Assembly: GCF_001194135.2 (NCBI RefSeq)
Contig: NC_068990.1
Location: 70,193,007-70,257,006, forward strand
DNA from: Octopus bimaculoides
Taxonomy: Eukaryota
Length of the DNA: 64,000 nt
Reading direction: 5' to 3'
Each line of letters starts with the position of its first letter. Positions within the stretch are counted from its first letter, which is position 1. The position numbers were made by a program, and so were the translations under genes. The notes beneath the pieces were generated by a model. It was not told the DNA's origin, ran no database searches, and saw only the letters and a list, made by a program, of their open reading frames with translations. Positions 39,661 through 51,243 of the stretch are shown one piece after another.

Positions 39661-42600
39661 AAATAGTGGCCTGAGCTGCCTTCTAAAAAAACTTTTTTTT
39701 TTAAGAGTGAACCAAAAATGTTTTTCCATCTTGAATTCGATCATTTTTAGCAGTAGAATCATGTAGTGTGGAACGAGCACTATTAAGCCCAAGTTCCGAA
39801 GCAATGGGGAGTCTCTGAATCTTATAGTTTGACAGACACACGAAAGTCCTTAGAAAAATACGAAGTTGGTACTACTTAAATACCCTAAGCCCTAACGAGT
39901 GTAGATGCATCGGGACCTCTGTATTTAAGTAGAGCCACCAATTTGTTGCTTGAGCGTCATAAAGGACACAAACTGATAGGCTAGTGATTGTGGTGATGGT
40001 AATGACGAGTAATGAAGATAGTTGGGATAGTGGATGAAAATGATAGCGATCGTCAGGTCAAAGAATCACAGAGCCCAAACTAGGCGGAGATAAAGAATAC
40101 GTACATCACCCGTTTCCAGCGTAACAAAAACCCTAACCCTAAACACCTGGTGTACGTAGTCTTTACTTTCGTTCCAAACGGTTGAACCATCGTTCTGACA
40201 ATATTTCTTAGTAATCATTACTGTTCAATTAAACCGTTCAGCAAACATTTATAAACCCGACTGCCATGTCGGTGGGACAAAACAGAATTGTATATAGACA
40301 CACCGAAGTCGAGACAGTTTAATAGTGAACGCTGAACTCTAATTCTCACGAAAAATATTTATTTCCCTCCTGAAATCTGGTGTGAAGGTCAGTTGTTTGA
40401 CAGCAGTTAGAAAGAGAAGGAGAGAGAGAAGAAAAAAATTAAGTTGGAGAGGAGAGAGAAAGAGAGGCTTGATAGACATTATTCGGGCATGAGTCAACCA
40501 GCTCGACCACACGAACAAAGCTCCGTATACATCACAGCAACAAATTTATTCACGCGAAGGTTATCCTACAGACGTTTTCCCTTTCTTTCACCCCCCCCAC
40601 CTCGGTAGATTAAGAAAATTATGCGCATAAAGAACAGTTCATCTTTTTACATTGAATGATAGGTGCGTGCGTAAAATGATTTAAAAATTTTCTTTTTACT
40701 GTAAAAAATATATATTAAAGAAACCATGTGCGTGCGAAATTAGCTGTTTAAGTGTGCGCAATAAAAAAAGTTCGTCTACTCCAGTCTATCTCTTCCTGCT
40801 GCTGTGTCAGTTTAAAACACTACGCAATAGTAGTACTGTCTCGGCTTCGATAGTTTAAGAGAAAAGACATTTTATTCTTTCTCACAACTTTCTACAAACC
40901 AGCACCATCCTCCCAGACATATTTCCTAACACAACAATCCCTAACATCTGTATATTTTTAGAATTGTGAAGGATTAGGGCAAGAGGGCGGGGATATAAAG
41001 ATCACAGTAAAGGACTGACTTCGGGGAAATGAAAATCGTTGGTCTCGAATATCAAGTATTTAGTAGCTTATAGAAAGAAAGCGGGGGATAAAAGGGCAAC
41101 AAGGACCCTAATCATATCTTAATTTTTTTTTATAGTATCTAAGACGATTAGAAAAATCACGTGACTGATAACGCAAACGACTGTCCCTTGATACAAAGAT
41201 AAATCGCAGTAAAATCATTCAGCATCCACAACTTAAATTATGCCTTTCTTTGACTTCTGAAATAATTTGGGATTTAAGATCATCTTCTAGGATCGACAAT
41301 TATTAACAATTAAAAAAAAAAGAAAAGAAACCATCACAATTAACCCGAGCAACTTTAATTAGGAAATGTTTCACATATTAGAAACATACTAGACAAATTT
41401 TAAGGACAACAAAGCTAGTTTTGTCAAAAAAGCAAATTTAGCTGAGAATTTATTAATGTGAAAAAAAAAAAAAACTCCATGTCTTAATGCAGATGAGATG
41501 CGATAGAGAAAAGTTTTACGATGTACAGAAAGCACAAGAATTTTAGACAAGAAACCTAAATATCTTGAAAAATATTAGTTTAAATATATTGCGACAGAGT
41601 GAGATATTAATGTTAATGCTAATAGTTGTCAAAAACGAAATAAATTATGTTAATTTATGGCAAACGAAGAATGCAAGCCGGTCTAAGTACATAGGAGCTA
41701 TGGAGTTGTAATTTTCAGGCGAGCGAATAAATAGAACAGCAGACTTAGTCGGCCTAACCTTCATTTTAGTTTCCTAACCATTTTAAGAGGACTGGAATTA
41801 TAGTATTTCTAGTCAGTTATTTTTTCCCCCTCGTTTCTACAATGCAACAGTGCTCGCTGACCGGTACTGCGTCAAAGGATGAAAAAGAAAAGGGGTGAAG
41901 GCGGGTTTCAACGACAATTAAATTTTACTTTGAAATTCAGTGTTACAATCTGCAAAGCATTACGAATTAAAATATGAACATTAAATTAGAAAAGACCCGG
42001 TACATATTTAAGTAGATTGACATAATTTCTGATCAAAACGTCAACGAAAAGTAATTAAAATTGCTATAGTTTCAATTAGTTTTAGATCTTGTCAAATTAA
42101 TTAGAGAAGGAGGAGCGGACAATGTGAAAAATAAATATTAAATCTAAAAGAAGATTTTAGCGAAATGGAAAAAAAAAAAAAAAAATGGTAAGATTGAGCT
42201 AGACGAGAATTACGTTTCTGTCTGTAATTAAGATATTTTTAAAACGGATTTTCGTCTATTACGAAAAATTTCCAATTCTCTTTATATAATTTGAAATTCA
42301 AAATTTGGAATGAGAAGTCAGAAAAAACAAAAAAAAGAGCGAAAACATTCTATATATATATATATATATTGCGCAGAAAGAAAAAAAAACTAATTAATTC
42401 ATAAGGGATTGAGGAAGGAAAATGAAGATATTAATTAGGGAAACAGTGGTAACTGACAATTGTTGTGACATTCAAGAAAGGATTTCGTTGAAAATATCTT
42501 AAAATTTTACACAGTGAAATTTAAGTGAAGTTTTGGTTTGAATATATAAAATAGGAAATAACAACAGTGACGTTAAAAAAGAAAGACCGGCCGGCTTTCA

Positions 42601-42707
42601 CAGAACATAATTTCCTTACAATGGGGCGAAAAAGAACCATAATATAATCTTCCACCCCTCCCCATAAAATAAAAAAAATTTCTCAGTTATTTTAATAAAT
42701 TCTTTAC

Positions 42708-42816
42708 CTTTAGCTAATTCCTCCGGGATTAAATGTTTATGGTCCTCAGTTACAGGTTCTCCAATAATAAGAAGTAACGCAGCCTTGGTAGCTGCGGCCG
42801 TTCCGAAATCCTCCAT
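42708..42816 (-). CDS. futsch: MAP1/futsch-family microtubule-associated protein, first coding exon (MEDFGTAAATKAALLLIIGEPVTEDHKHLIPEELAK+G)
   Basis: ATG in strong context (ACG ATG G). LLLIIGEPVTEDHK..EELAKG resembles the MAP1 N-terminus (LLVVVGEIVTEEHL..IELG in vertebrate MAP1B, recalled from memory). The exon ends in phase 1 at G|GTAAAG and joins exon 2 in frame. Confidence 0.85.
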
Positions 42817-42822
42817 CGTTTC

Positions 42823-42840
42823 CTACGCCAGTGCAGCCAT
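42823..42840 (-). other. uORF MAALA* in frame with the MAP1 start
   Basis: ATG GCT GCA CTG GCG TAG GAA ACG ATG read directly on the minus strand. Confidence 0.6.
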
Positions 42841-42859
42841 AGAATGGCAAGATGCTCGC

Positions 42860-43040
42860 GGCTGGTGACTTACCAATTAGTTTAGCTCAGCCAGAACTTT
42901 TACTATTGCTTTCTCTCATTGGTCCATTACTTGTCAGACGTTGCATCACGCCAGCATGCACCAATGAGAGAAGCCGTAACAAGTGGTACTATATCGTGTA
43001 TCTCGCTCCCGTTGTGACCGGCATAGAACAGAACTCGAGG
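42860..43040. promoter_or_regulatory. Probable MAP1/futsch promoter with CCAAT boxes
   Basis: CCAAT at 42873-42877, ATTGG at 42918-42922 and CCAAT at 42961-42965, in CpG-retaining sequence just upstream of the ATG. Confidence 0.5.
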
Positions 43041-43866
43041 TAGATATTGTAATATCTCTCTCTCTCTCTCTTTCTGTGTATATATACATATATATCTATA
43101 TATATGTTTATATATTTATAAATATAAATATATACATCACTTGCATACATTTAACTTCATAAGACAGACGGTTTAAAACCGATATACTTTTACCATTCAT
43201 TTAGTAAAAAAGCACCCCAACTGTAACGTTAATTCAGCGTATGAAAGAAATATATCGTGTGTAAGTTTCTCATCATTTATTAATTAGGTGGCTGTTAATG
43301 TGTAAACAATTAAAAGTTATTTTTGTAATTCTGATCACCATATACCTGTATGTAATTCAAAAGGGTTGGAAATCGCAAGTAATTTCCAAATAACTAGGTA
43401 TGTGTGTGTGGTTGTCTTAATATACGTTCTTTGAAATATGGTACCGCCCTTTAAAGTTTGTGTCAGGCAGGCTTTCCAGCATCATTCGCTCTTTAAACAT
43501 CCTTCTAATGGTAAGTTTTCTCCATGACAGCTTGCTTACATTGCACAATTTCTACTTCTCCGAAGCAGCTGCCATCGAAGCTGTCGGCTAAAACTACCGA
43601 AAACCGTGTACGACTGGTAAAAACTCAAAATCAAAGAAAAAAGGAAAAAAAAATGATAGCAGAAAAAAAATGTCAACGTTAATTGATAATATTGTAGATG
43701 TATTTAATAATGTTTCATTAATTTGACCGACTGATTGCAGCTGCTAGGTCACATGTCAGCCCCCATCAGGGAACAAATTTGCTGTCATTTAGTCAGCATG
43801 AAAAAATTCTCAACTACATTTTATTCGACTGCATTCGCACTATATTTTCTGTGTGTTTATAATGAA

Positions 43867-44028
43867 TATGCGTATGTGTATATATATGTATGTGTATTCA
43901 TATGTGTGTGTATATATGGATATGTGTGTGTGTATATGGATATGTATATATTTAAATGTATATATAAATATATGGATATGTGTATATAAATATATGTATA
44001 TATATATACACACACACACACATATATG

Positions 44029-44083
<55 letters not shown>

Positions 44084-44545
44084 GTATATATATATACACA
44101 TGTATATATATATATATATACATATATGTATATATATATACATATATGTATATACATACATATGCATGTGTATATATATATAATGTGTATATATATATGT
44201 ATATATATACATGTGTATATATACATATATTTATATACAGATATATGTNNNNNNNNNNNNNNNNNNNNNNNNNNNNATATTTATATACATATATATGCAT
44301 GTGTATATATATATGCATATGTATATATATACATATGCATGTATATATACATATATATATATTTATATACATATATATATATATATATACATATGTATAT
44401 ATATTTACATATATATGTATATATATTTACATATATATGTATATATATTTACATATATATGTATATATATTTATATACATATATGTATGTATGTATATAT
44501 ATATATATATAGACATAGTTGTATGTGTATATATGTTTGTGTATG

Positions 44546-44605
<60 letters not shown>

Positions 44606-44616
44606 CGCGCGCGCGC
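43867..44616. repeat. Compound (TA)/(TG)/(CA) microsatellite ending in (GT)n(GC)6
   Basis: Read directly; contains gap 44249-44276. Smaller TA or CA tracts at about 45738-45785, 46600-46700, 47304-47350, 59546-59581, 61169-61209, 61796-61828 and 63746-63767. Confidence 0.97.
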
Positions 44617-44649
44617 AAAAGCTTCATTCAGTGCTACAGATGAAGTATC

Positions 44650-44800
44650 AGAGTGACCTGTGACAGGCTGACCTGCTAAAATTCTAGTTTTCCCATTCAT
44701 TTTTCTCTCTGCTGGCCCCTTTTTCGAAAAAAGGGCCCATCACAGATTTATCTGGTCGATGACGTCTGCTGCCATGACGTCATAAGCACCGGCCCTTTAT
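44650..44800. promoter_or_regulatory. CRE and nuclear-receptor half-site cluster upstream of the MAP1 promoter
   Basis: ATGACGTCAT at 44774-44783, TGACGTCT at 44760-44767, TGACCT at 44654-44659 and 44669-44674, near-palindrome at 44714-44737. Confidence 0.4.
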
Positions 44801-45733
44801 CGGTTTCCTTAGTGAACACCCTTTTTCTTCGTCCCCTACGTTCTTTCATTCTTCCTTCTTTCTCTATTATTTTCTTTCTCTTCCGTCTGTCTGTCATTAC
44901 AAACACCTTAGAATTAGACTCCAATTTCTACTTCTCGACTTCCCCTTTTTTATTTATATGAAATCCTATTATATTTTTTATGAATTTGTCAGTCTTTAAT
45001 TGAAATGTATTTTGTCCTCAACGCCTGTCGAACATAATGAATGCCACAACCTCTCGTTTTCAATCTTTCTGAAATTCTTATATTTTTAACTTTCTATCTA
45101 TCTATCTATCTATCTATCTATATAGCATTATATATACGTTATATGGACATGGGTTCTTTCTAACGTCTGTGCCTTATCAAAAATGATAATATATATATTT
45201 TTAAATAACTGGTTTTTGATGTCAATTTTGTAATCGTTTTTCATTTCAATAATGATTAAGATTTTTTGGTTAACTAAAATATCTGCGCTAACTTTCTCCA
45301 AAGAAAACATTTTGTCATCTTCAATGTCTTCAAAACACACACTTCTTTTAACATTTGCTTCGTTCTATTATATTTTACTTTCTAGAGTTCTAGATCTTAC
45401 TTGCTCTGATAAGATTGAGAGCTGTATTATCATTATTGTTGCCTAGAATTATGATTCATACCGTGACCAGGATATTATTGTTCATTAGCCAGTCGTAAAT
45501 AAATTTTGTCTTTCTGTCAACAAAAGATACGACATGTCTGCTATTTTCGTAGACAATCGTAGACAGATCAAACTGACATTTTGTCTGGGGTGATATGACC
45601 CTAAGTGACAAAAGAACGAGACGGACCATCACACACCAACAATAGCTTCCTTCTATCGGGCTTCCAAAGCGAAAAATAATGTTCAGCATATATATAAACA
45701 TTTTATCTTTCTGCGTACCTCTAATCAATTCAC

Positions 45734-45785
<52 letters not shown>

Positions 45786-46701
45786 AACATACACACGTAT
45801 CGAAAACTACAGACAGATGGGTGGATGGATGGAGTTATAGCATTGTTATCCCTCCAAAGTTCCACACCTCATACCAAAAGTAAAGATTTTTTTCATTCAT
45901 TGTTTCGTATCCCTGTATTTTGTACAGCGCACAATACGATTCTAATTTTTTTTTTTTTAAATCTCTCTTATTTTTTTCTTCTAAATATGTTAATTCTTTC
46001 ACATTTTTGTCCTAACTTTAACATCCTTTCCCTTTCTCAGAGCTCTTGGTTCCTATTTAGAAAGTGAATTAGACATACAAGAAAGTCCAAATTTGAAATA
46101 TTGATTTCATGTTTTGGTCATCTTCAACGATTATAATGACAATTTTGGTATTTTTTAAAAATTACTGTTGCCTTCATACTTTTCATATATCAAATATGAA
46201 CCATTTTTATTTTAAAAATTTCCTTTTTTTTCCTTTTCATGTTCGGTAATTTTCATTATTCGTGTTCCAGTTCTCGTTTGACCGTTGTTCTTATGTAGAA
46301 AGTATAAGAATCAACTTAAAAATGAATAAATTTTGTTGAGAAAAACGAAAAAAAAAAAAAAAAAGAAGAAAAACCAGGATAATTTCTCTTTTTAATGAGT
46401 TGTGAAAAGAAATTTTTGTCAATTGATGAAATCTTTGATATCTATGCAGGTTCGAAACGATTTCAGTGCGACAGTTTCAATTTTGGTTGGCATGCGAGTT
46501 TTCATTTCTCAGACTCTCCATGTTACAGTTTATGAAAATGAATATTTTTCTTCTTGAAGTATATATGCGTAATCATACTATAGAACATAAACGTGTGTAT
46601 ACACATCACACACACACATATGTATGTATATAATGTATGTATATGTATGTATATATATACATATATATATGTGTGTGTGTGTATGTATATATATGTATGT
46701 A

Positions 46702-46869
46702 TCATCATCATCGTTTAACGTCCGCTTTCCATGCTAGCATGAGTTGGACGATTTGACTGAGGACTGGTGCAACCGGATGGCTACACTAGGCTCCAATCTA
46801 ATTTGGCAGAGTTTCTACAGCTGGATGCCCTTCCTAACGCCAACCACTCAGTGTAGTGGGTGCTTTTAC
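46702..46869 (-). mobile_element. RTE-type 3' tail ending in (GAT)n, cut by a gap
   Basis: CATCATCATCGTTTAACGTCCGCTTTCCATGC..GCTGGATGCCCTTCCTAACGCCAACCAC. Similar tails at about 12595-12700, 32286-32480, 48440-48730, 53560-53690, 59300-59430(+), 59960-60080(+), 61921-61970 and 63660-63740(+). Confidence 0.8.
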
Positions 46870-47303
46870 NNNNNNNNNNNNNNNNNNNNNNNNNNNNNNN
46901 NNNNNNNNNNNNNNNNNNNNNNNNNNNNNNNNNNNNNNNNNNNNNNNNNNNNNNNNNNNNNNNNNNNNNNNNNNNNNNNNNNNNNNNNNNNNNNNNNNNN
47001 NNNNNNNNNNNNNNNNNNNNNNNNNNNNNNNNNNNNNNNNNNNNNNNNNNNNNNNNNNNNNNNNNNNNNNNNNNNNNNNNNNNNNNNNNNNNNNNNNNNN
47101 NNNNNNNNNNNNNNNNNNNNNNNNNNNNNNNNNNNNNNNNNNNNNNNNNNNNNNNNNNNNNNNNNNNNNNNNNNNNNNNNNNNNNNNNNNNNNNNNNNNN
47201 NNNNNNNNNNNNNNNNNNNNNNNNNNNNNNNNNNNNNNNNNNNNNNNNNNNNNNNNNNNNNNNNNNNNNNNNNNNNNNNNNNNNNNNNNNNNNNNNNNNN
47301 NNN
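46870..47303. other. Assembly gap
   Basis: Run of N. Confidence 1.
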
Positions 47304-47341
<38 letters not shown>

Positions 47342-47350
47342 GTATATATA

Positions 47351-47694
47351 TCTGGCTACCTAACTCCCCAGACTGCAACCGCCATGATTATTATGTGTGA
47401 GGCGCTGTTGAGCAAGAGACCAACAAAATTCCTTGTAACACCAAAGATAAACTGAAGGCAAGGATTATGGCAGCATTCATCAACTTAAACAAGGAGACTG
47501 TCCAAAAGAGTTTGAGGAGATTCTGAAGTAGTCTGGAGGCCATGGTGAAGCCAATGGTGATTTTATTGAATAAATTTACTCTTTAGTATTTTAAGATATT
47601 TTTTATTTAATTTTGGTAAACATATCTGTTAAAATGAGATGTCGGTGTAATTTTCCTTTTTGTGTAATTTAGATAATATATTCTCTGCACCCTG
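47351..47694 (+). mobile_element. Tc1/mariner-superfamily (maT/DD37D-like) transposon 3' part
   Basis: WLPNSPDCNRHDYYV*GAVEQETNKIPCNTKDKLKARIMAAF resembles the WPPxSPDxNPxD motif. Right end TCTGCACCCTG followed by TA. The left part is lost in the TA repeat and gap. Confidence 0.8.
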
Positions 47695-49025
47695 TATATA
47701 TATACATATGTTCATGTGTGTGTGTTTTGTGTTGTGTTTGTTCCCCACCACTGCTTTATATCCAGTGTTAGTTTGTTTGGCATAAGTGACTGATGGGATA
47801 AGTACCTGACTACTGGGGGTCAGTTTGTTTGATTGAAACAAGTAAAAGAGAAAAGATAAATTATGAAACAAAAACAATATCATTTTCAACTAGATATGTC
47901 TAAGATGAATAAAAACACTTGCTCAAGGGTACAATGCTAAAAATCAGCAATAGTAGCCACCTATCAACTAAATAAGATTAATCAGAAAAGTAGACAATGT
48001 ATGGGGAAAGCACTTGACCTTGTTGTTAGTCCATTTGACTTTAGGACTGTGAGATTGTTGGTTTGATTTTCATACTAGATGAAGTGTTGTGGTCTTGGGC
48101 AAGGCACTTCATTTTCACATTGTTCTTGTGTTCTTGTCTACTTAACTGAAAATAAGTTGCAGCTGATATGTAGTGGTACCTTGATGACTATTATCCCAGA
48201 ATCTTGTAAGTATATCAGTGGCTCTTTATGGTTGAAATGCACTGAATGAGGATAAAACATCAGTATCCATGCTTGGGATTGCACCTGCAGTCATTATTAC
48301 TTTCTCCCCTAAATACATTGACACCTATATGATCATGAAGCTAAAGGCATTTGTTGTTGTTTGTATATTTCAGTCTCTTATATGATCAAGGATGTGACAT
48401 GTTTACAAAACAACTTTGCAGTATTGTTCCTGCATCACTTTCTCCATGCTTGCCTGGGTTGGCCAGCTTGGCAGAAGCTAAGTTAGAGAGCTGTGATGAG
48501 CATAGTTAGGCATAGTTTCTACAGCTGGATCATCATCATCATCATTTAATGTCTGTTTTCTAAGCTGGCATGGGTTGGACGACTTGACAGGAACTGGCAA
48601 TGCTAGGGGCTGCACCAAGTTCCATAGCCTATTTTGGCTTAGTTTCTATGGCTGGATGCCCTTTTTAATACCAACCACTTCACAGAGTGTGCTGGGTGCT
48701 TCTTTCATTGTATCATCATTTGCGAGATCACCAACTACTAGCAAGGCAAAACCCTGCTCAAATGAGTAGGGTATAGCTGTGAAGGATTTGAAAGTAGAGG
48801 AACAGTTGTTGATTGAAATATTTCATATCTGTATATAATATTAACCAATATAAATGTTGTTTGGTTGGTTGATATCTCTTGTCATATGTTACATCATTTA
48901 GAGAGAGAGAGTGAAATAAAGATAAAAAGATAGACATGAGATGTACAGGATGAGTGCACATACTAGACTTAGTGGCAGGAGGAGGAGGAGAGCACATAAA
49001 GAAGAATAGTTATGAGAAGTTTGTT

Positions 49026-49393
49026 TTATTACCTCTGCCTTAGTGAAAGTGGAGGTATTGTTTCAGTTGTGTTTGTTTGACTGTCTGTGGACAAGATATC
49101 TCAAGAACTGCTGGATGGATTTGAATGAAACTTTCAGGAATGTTTGGCCTTATGACTAGCACGGACTGATTAGATTTTGGGATCAATCTGGTACTGGACA
49201 AGGATTCTGGATTATTTTTCCTGTTTTTTTACTTAATTTTTGAGAGCGTTAGAGTTCATTTTTAGTATTCTCATTTGTGAGAGAAGTCAAATTTATTTCA
49301 GATATTCTCATTTTAAAAATCATCTCTGGCTAATCATTGAGAGGACGTTGGTGTTGCCTTGGCAGAGGTTTGCCCTCTCTGAGTGCTCTTGTT
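49026..49393 (+). mobile_element. Non-autonomous Helentron-type (HINE/DINE-like) element
   Basis: 5' TTATTACCTCTGCC and 3' GGCAGAGGT subterminal inverted repeat, a GTTTGTTTGACTGTCTG microsatellite-like core, a 3' GCCCTCTCTGAGTGC hairpin-like motif, and T-rich flanks. Confidence 0.65.
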
Positions 49394-50732
49394 TAATTTT
49401 GTTTTAAGCTGATAAACATTTTTTTTCTTTTTGAAACTTAAAATTCATTTCATCATTTTGTATAAGCACCAAAAAATTTGATGAAAGTTTAATTGTATGT
49501 ATGCCATATTTCCTGATTTTATCCATGATAGTAAAGTATACTTCCAAGGTTATTTATCATATGACAGGTATAAAAATATAGATATAGTTTTAAAAATATT
49601 CTCTTTTCCTTGTTTCAGCCACTAGGCTATGGCCATGCCAGAGCACTGGTATTGAATTTCCAGTGAAATTTAACCAGAGTAGAGCAAACAGTAATGTTGT
49701 CAAACAAAAGTCTACTTTGACATGAAACTACTAAGTTGTTGCTCTTGTAATCATCTCAGTTTGTTTCTCTCTTAATTGATCTCAGATGCCAAGTGAAGCC
49801 TTATGCCAGAGGGTCAAAGCCATAGCTATGCAGGTCTACCCCGCAGCAGATAACCAGCTTATGCCAGTCCATAACTGTCCTGCTTACTTTCTAGAGAGTA
49901 AAGCTGCCTAGTTTGGTGTGCAGTCTTTGATATGCCTGTATTTTAGTCTCCTACACCTGAATGTGTGTCAGTTGTGCCGGGTAGCAGGATTATCAGGGCA
50001 CCAGGCCATAGCAGCATTCTATTCTTACTAAAGTGAGAATTTCAGTGAAATAGGAGCAAATTGATAAAGAATCATGTCATTTAGTGTGGAGAGAAATGAA
50101 ATCATGTGATTTATGAAACATGTCAGAAATAGTTTCAGTAATAAAATATATTGCCCACAATGCATTAAAATCTAGCTGGACTCTGAAACATTGTTGTTTA
50201 CTTTTCCTGTTGTGTTGTTTGCTTGAGAATTGAAAAATACAAGCCTTTAAAATAGCATAGATTCTTTTCAATGGTTATTAGCTGTTTAGATTTACTTTGT
50301 TACTAACTTATAAATCTCTCATAATGACATTTGAAATGATGATAGTAATGTCAGTGTTACAAAGTAAGATGTAAATCCAGTGTTAAATGTCCAGTTTGTG
50401 GTTGGCCTTACACAAATGATTTCATTGAATTCATTTGTGAAATTTTATAAAATTTACCTTTAAATTTGGTATAACTACACATGTTTAATGGAACATAAAC
50501 AATAATATTTATATATATACTCTAGCAGGACCCATGGAAGTTCTGCAGTATATGTCAGCACCTTTGAAAACACTATGCTAGTATATTGAACACATGCAAG
50601 AAGTTTCAAAACATTCTTTTGATATCCTACCATTTAATCAAAACAGTGTTTTTAAATATAAGTGAAATGAATTTTGAAGGTTTTGCTTACTTACCTCCTT
50701 GTAATACAGATATGATGTGCTTTATAGTGTAA

Positions 50733-50920
50733 CCCTTTAGCTTTTAACTGGTCATACCTGACCCAAATATGCTACCTGTTTTATGTTCTAACCAGCCAGA
50801 TCCAGCCTGATCCAGATCATATCATCAAAATTTCAAAGCTATGAAATAATGCATTATTAATTAAAAACAACTTGAATGAAAAAGCATTACATTTAGCAGA
50901 ATAATCTGAATGCTTAAGGG
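50733..50920 (+). mobile_element. TTAA-flanked piggyBac-like MITE, family 2
   Basis: GTAA|CCCTTTAGC..GAATGCTTAAGGG|TTAA. Homologues at about 33728-33921 and 22120-22293 (reverse). Confidence 0.65.
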
Positions 50921-51243
50921 TTAAGGAAATTAAAGATGAATTAAAAAGATAAAATTTATTCATATACGTTGATTAAATGTTTATTATTTACAATTTTCAT
51001 TACACATTCACAAAGTAAATAATTACATACAAACTACATTTCATATAATTATATGTACAGTGTTTACTCACTGGATTAAATACAAGCATTCTATATTACA
51101 AATGGGACTATACAAATTGTATGTGACATACATATGTGGTATAAATAGAAATACAAAATATGAACTAATTTAAATGTGTATGAAATAGGCATTGTATGTG
51201 ATTACTGAAAATGCTTTATGAACTGAACGTAATATGAATGGCA

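Noticed and set aside
40131-40142. Telomere-like CCCTAACCCTAA
   Set aside because: Only two units; expected by chance or as part of a repeat.
42868-42876. Minus-strand TTG|GTAAGT donor in the MAP1 5' region
   Set aside because: It overlaps a CCAAT box and would bypass the conserved start exon; no supporting acceptor or start was found.
43735-44700. Long ORFs rich in Y, I, C, V, H and T
   Set aside because: They are translations of the TA/TG microsatellite and an N-gap, not proteins. The same applies to ORFs at 11754, 46744-47455 and 60926.
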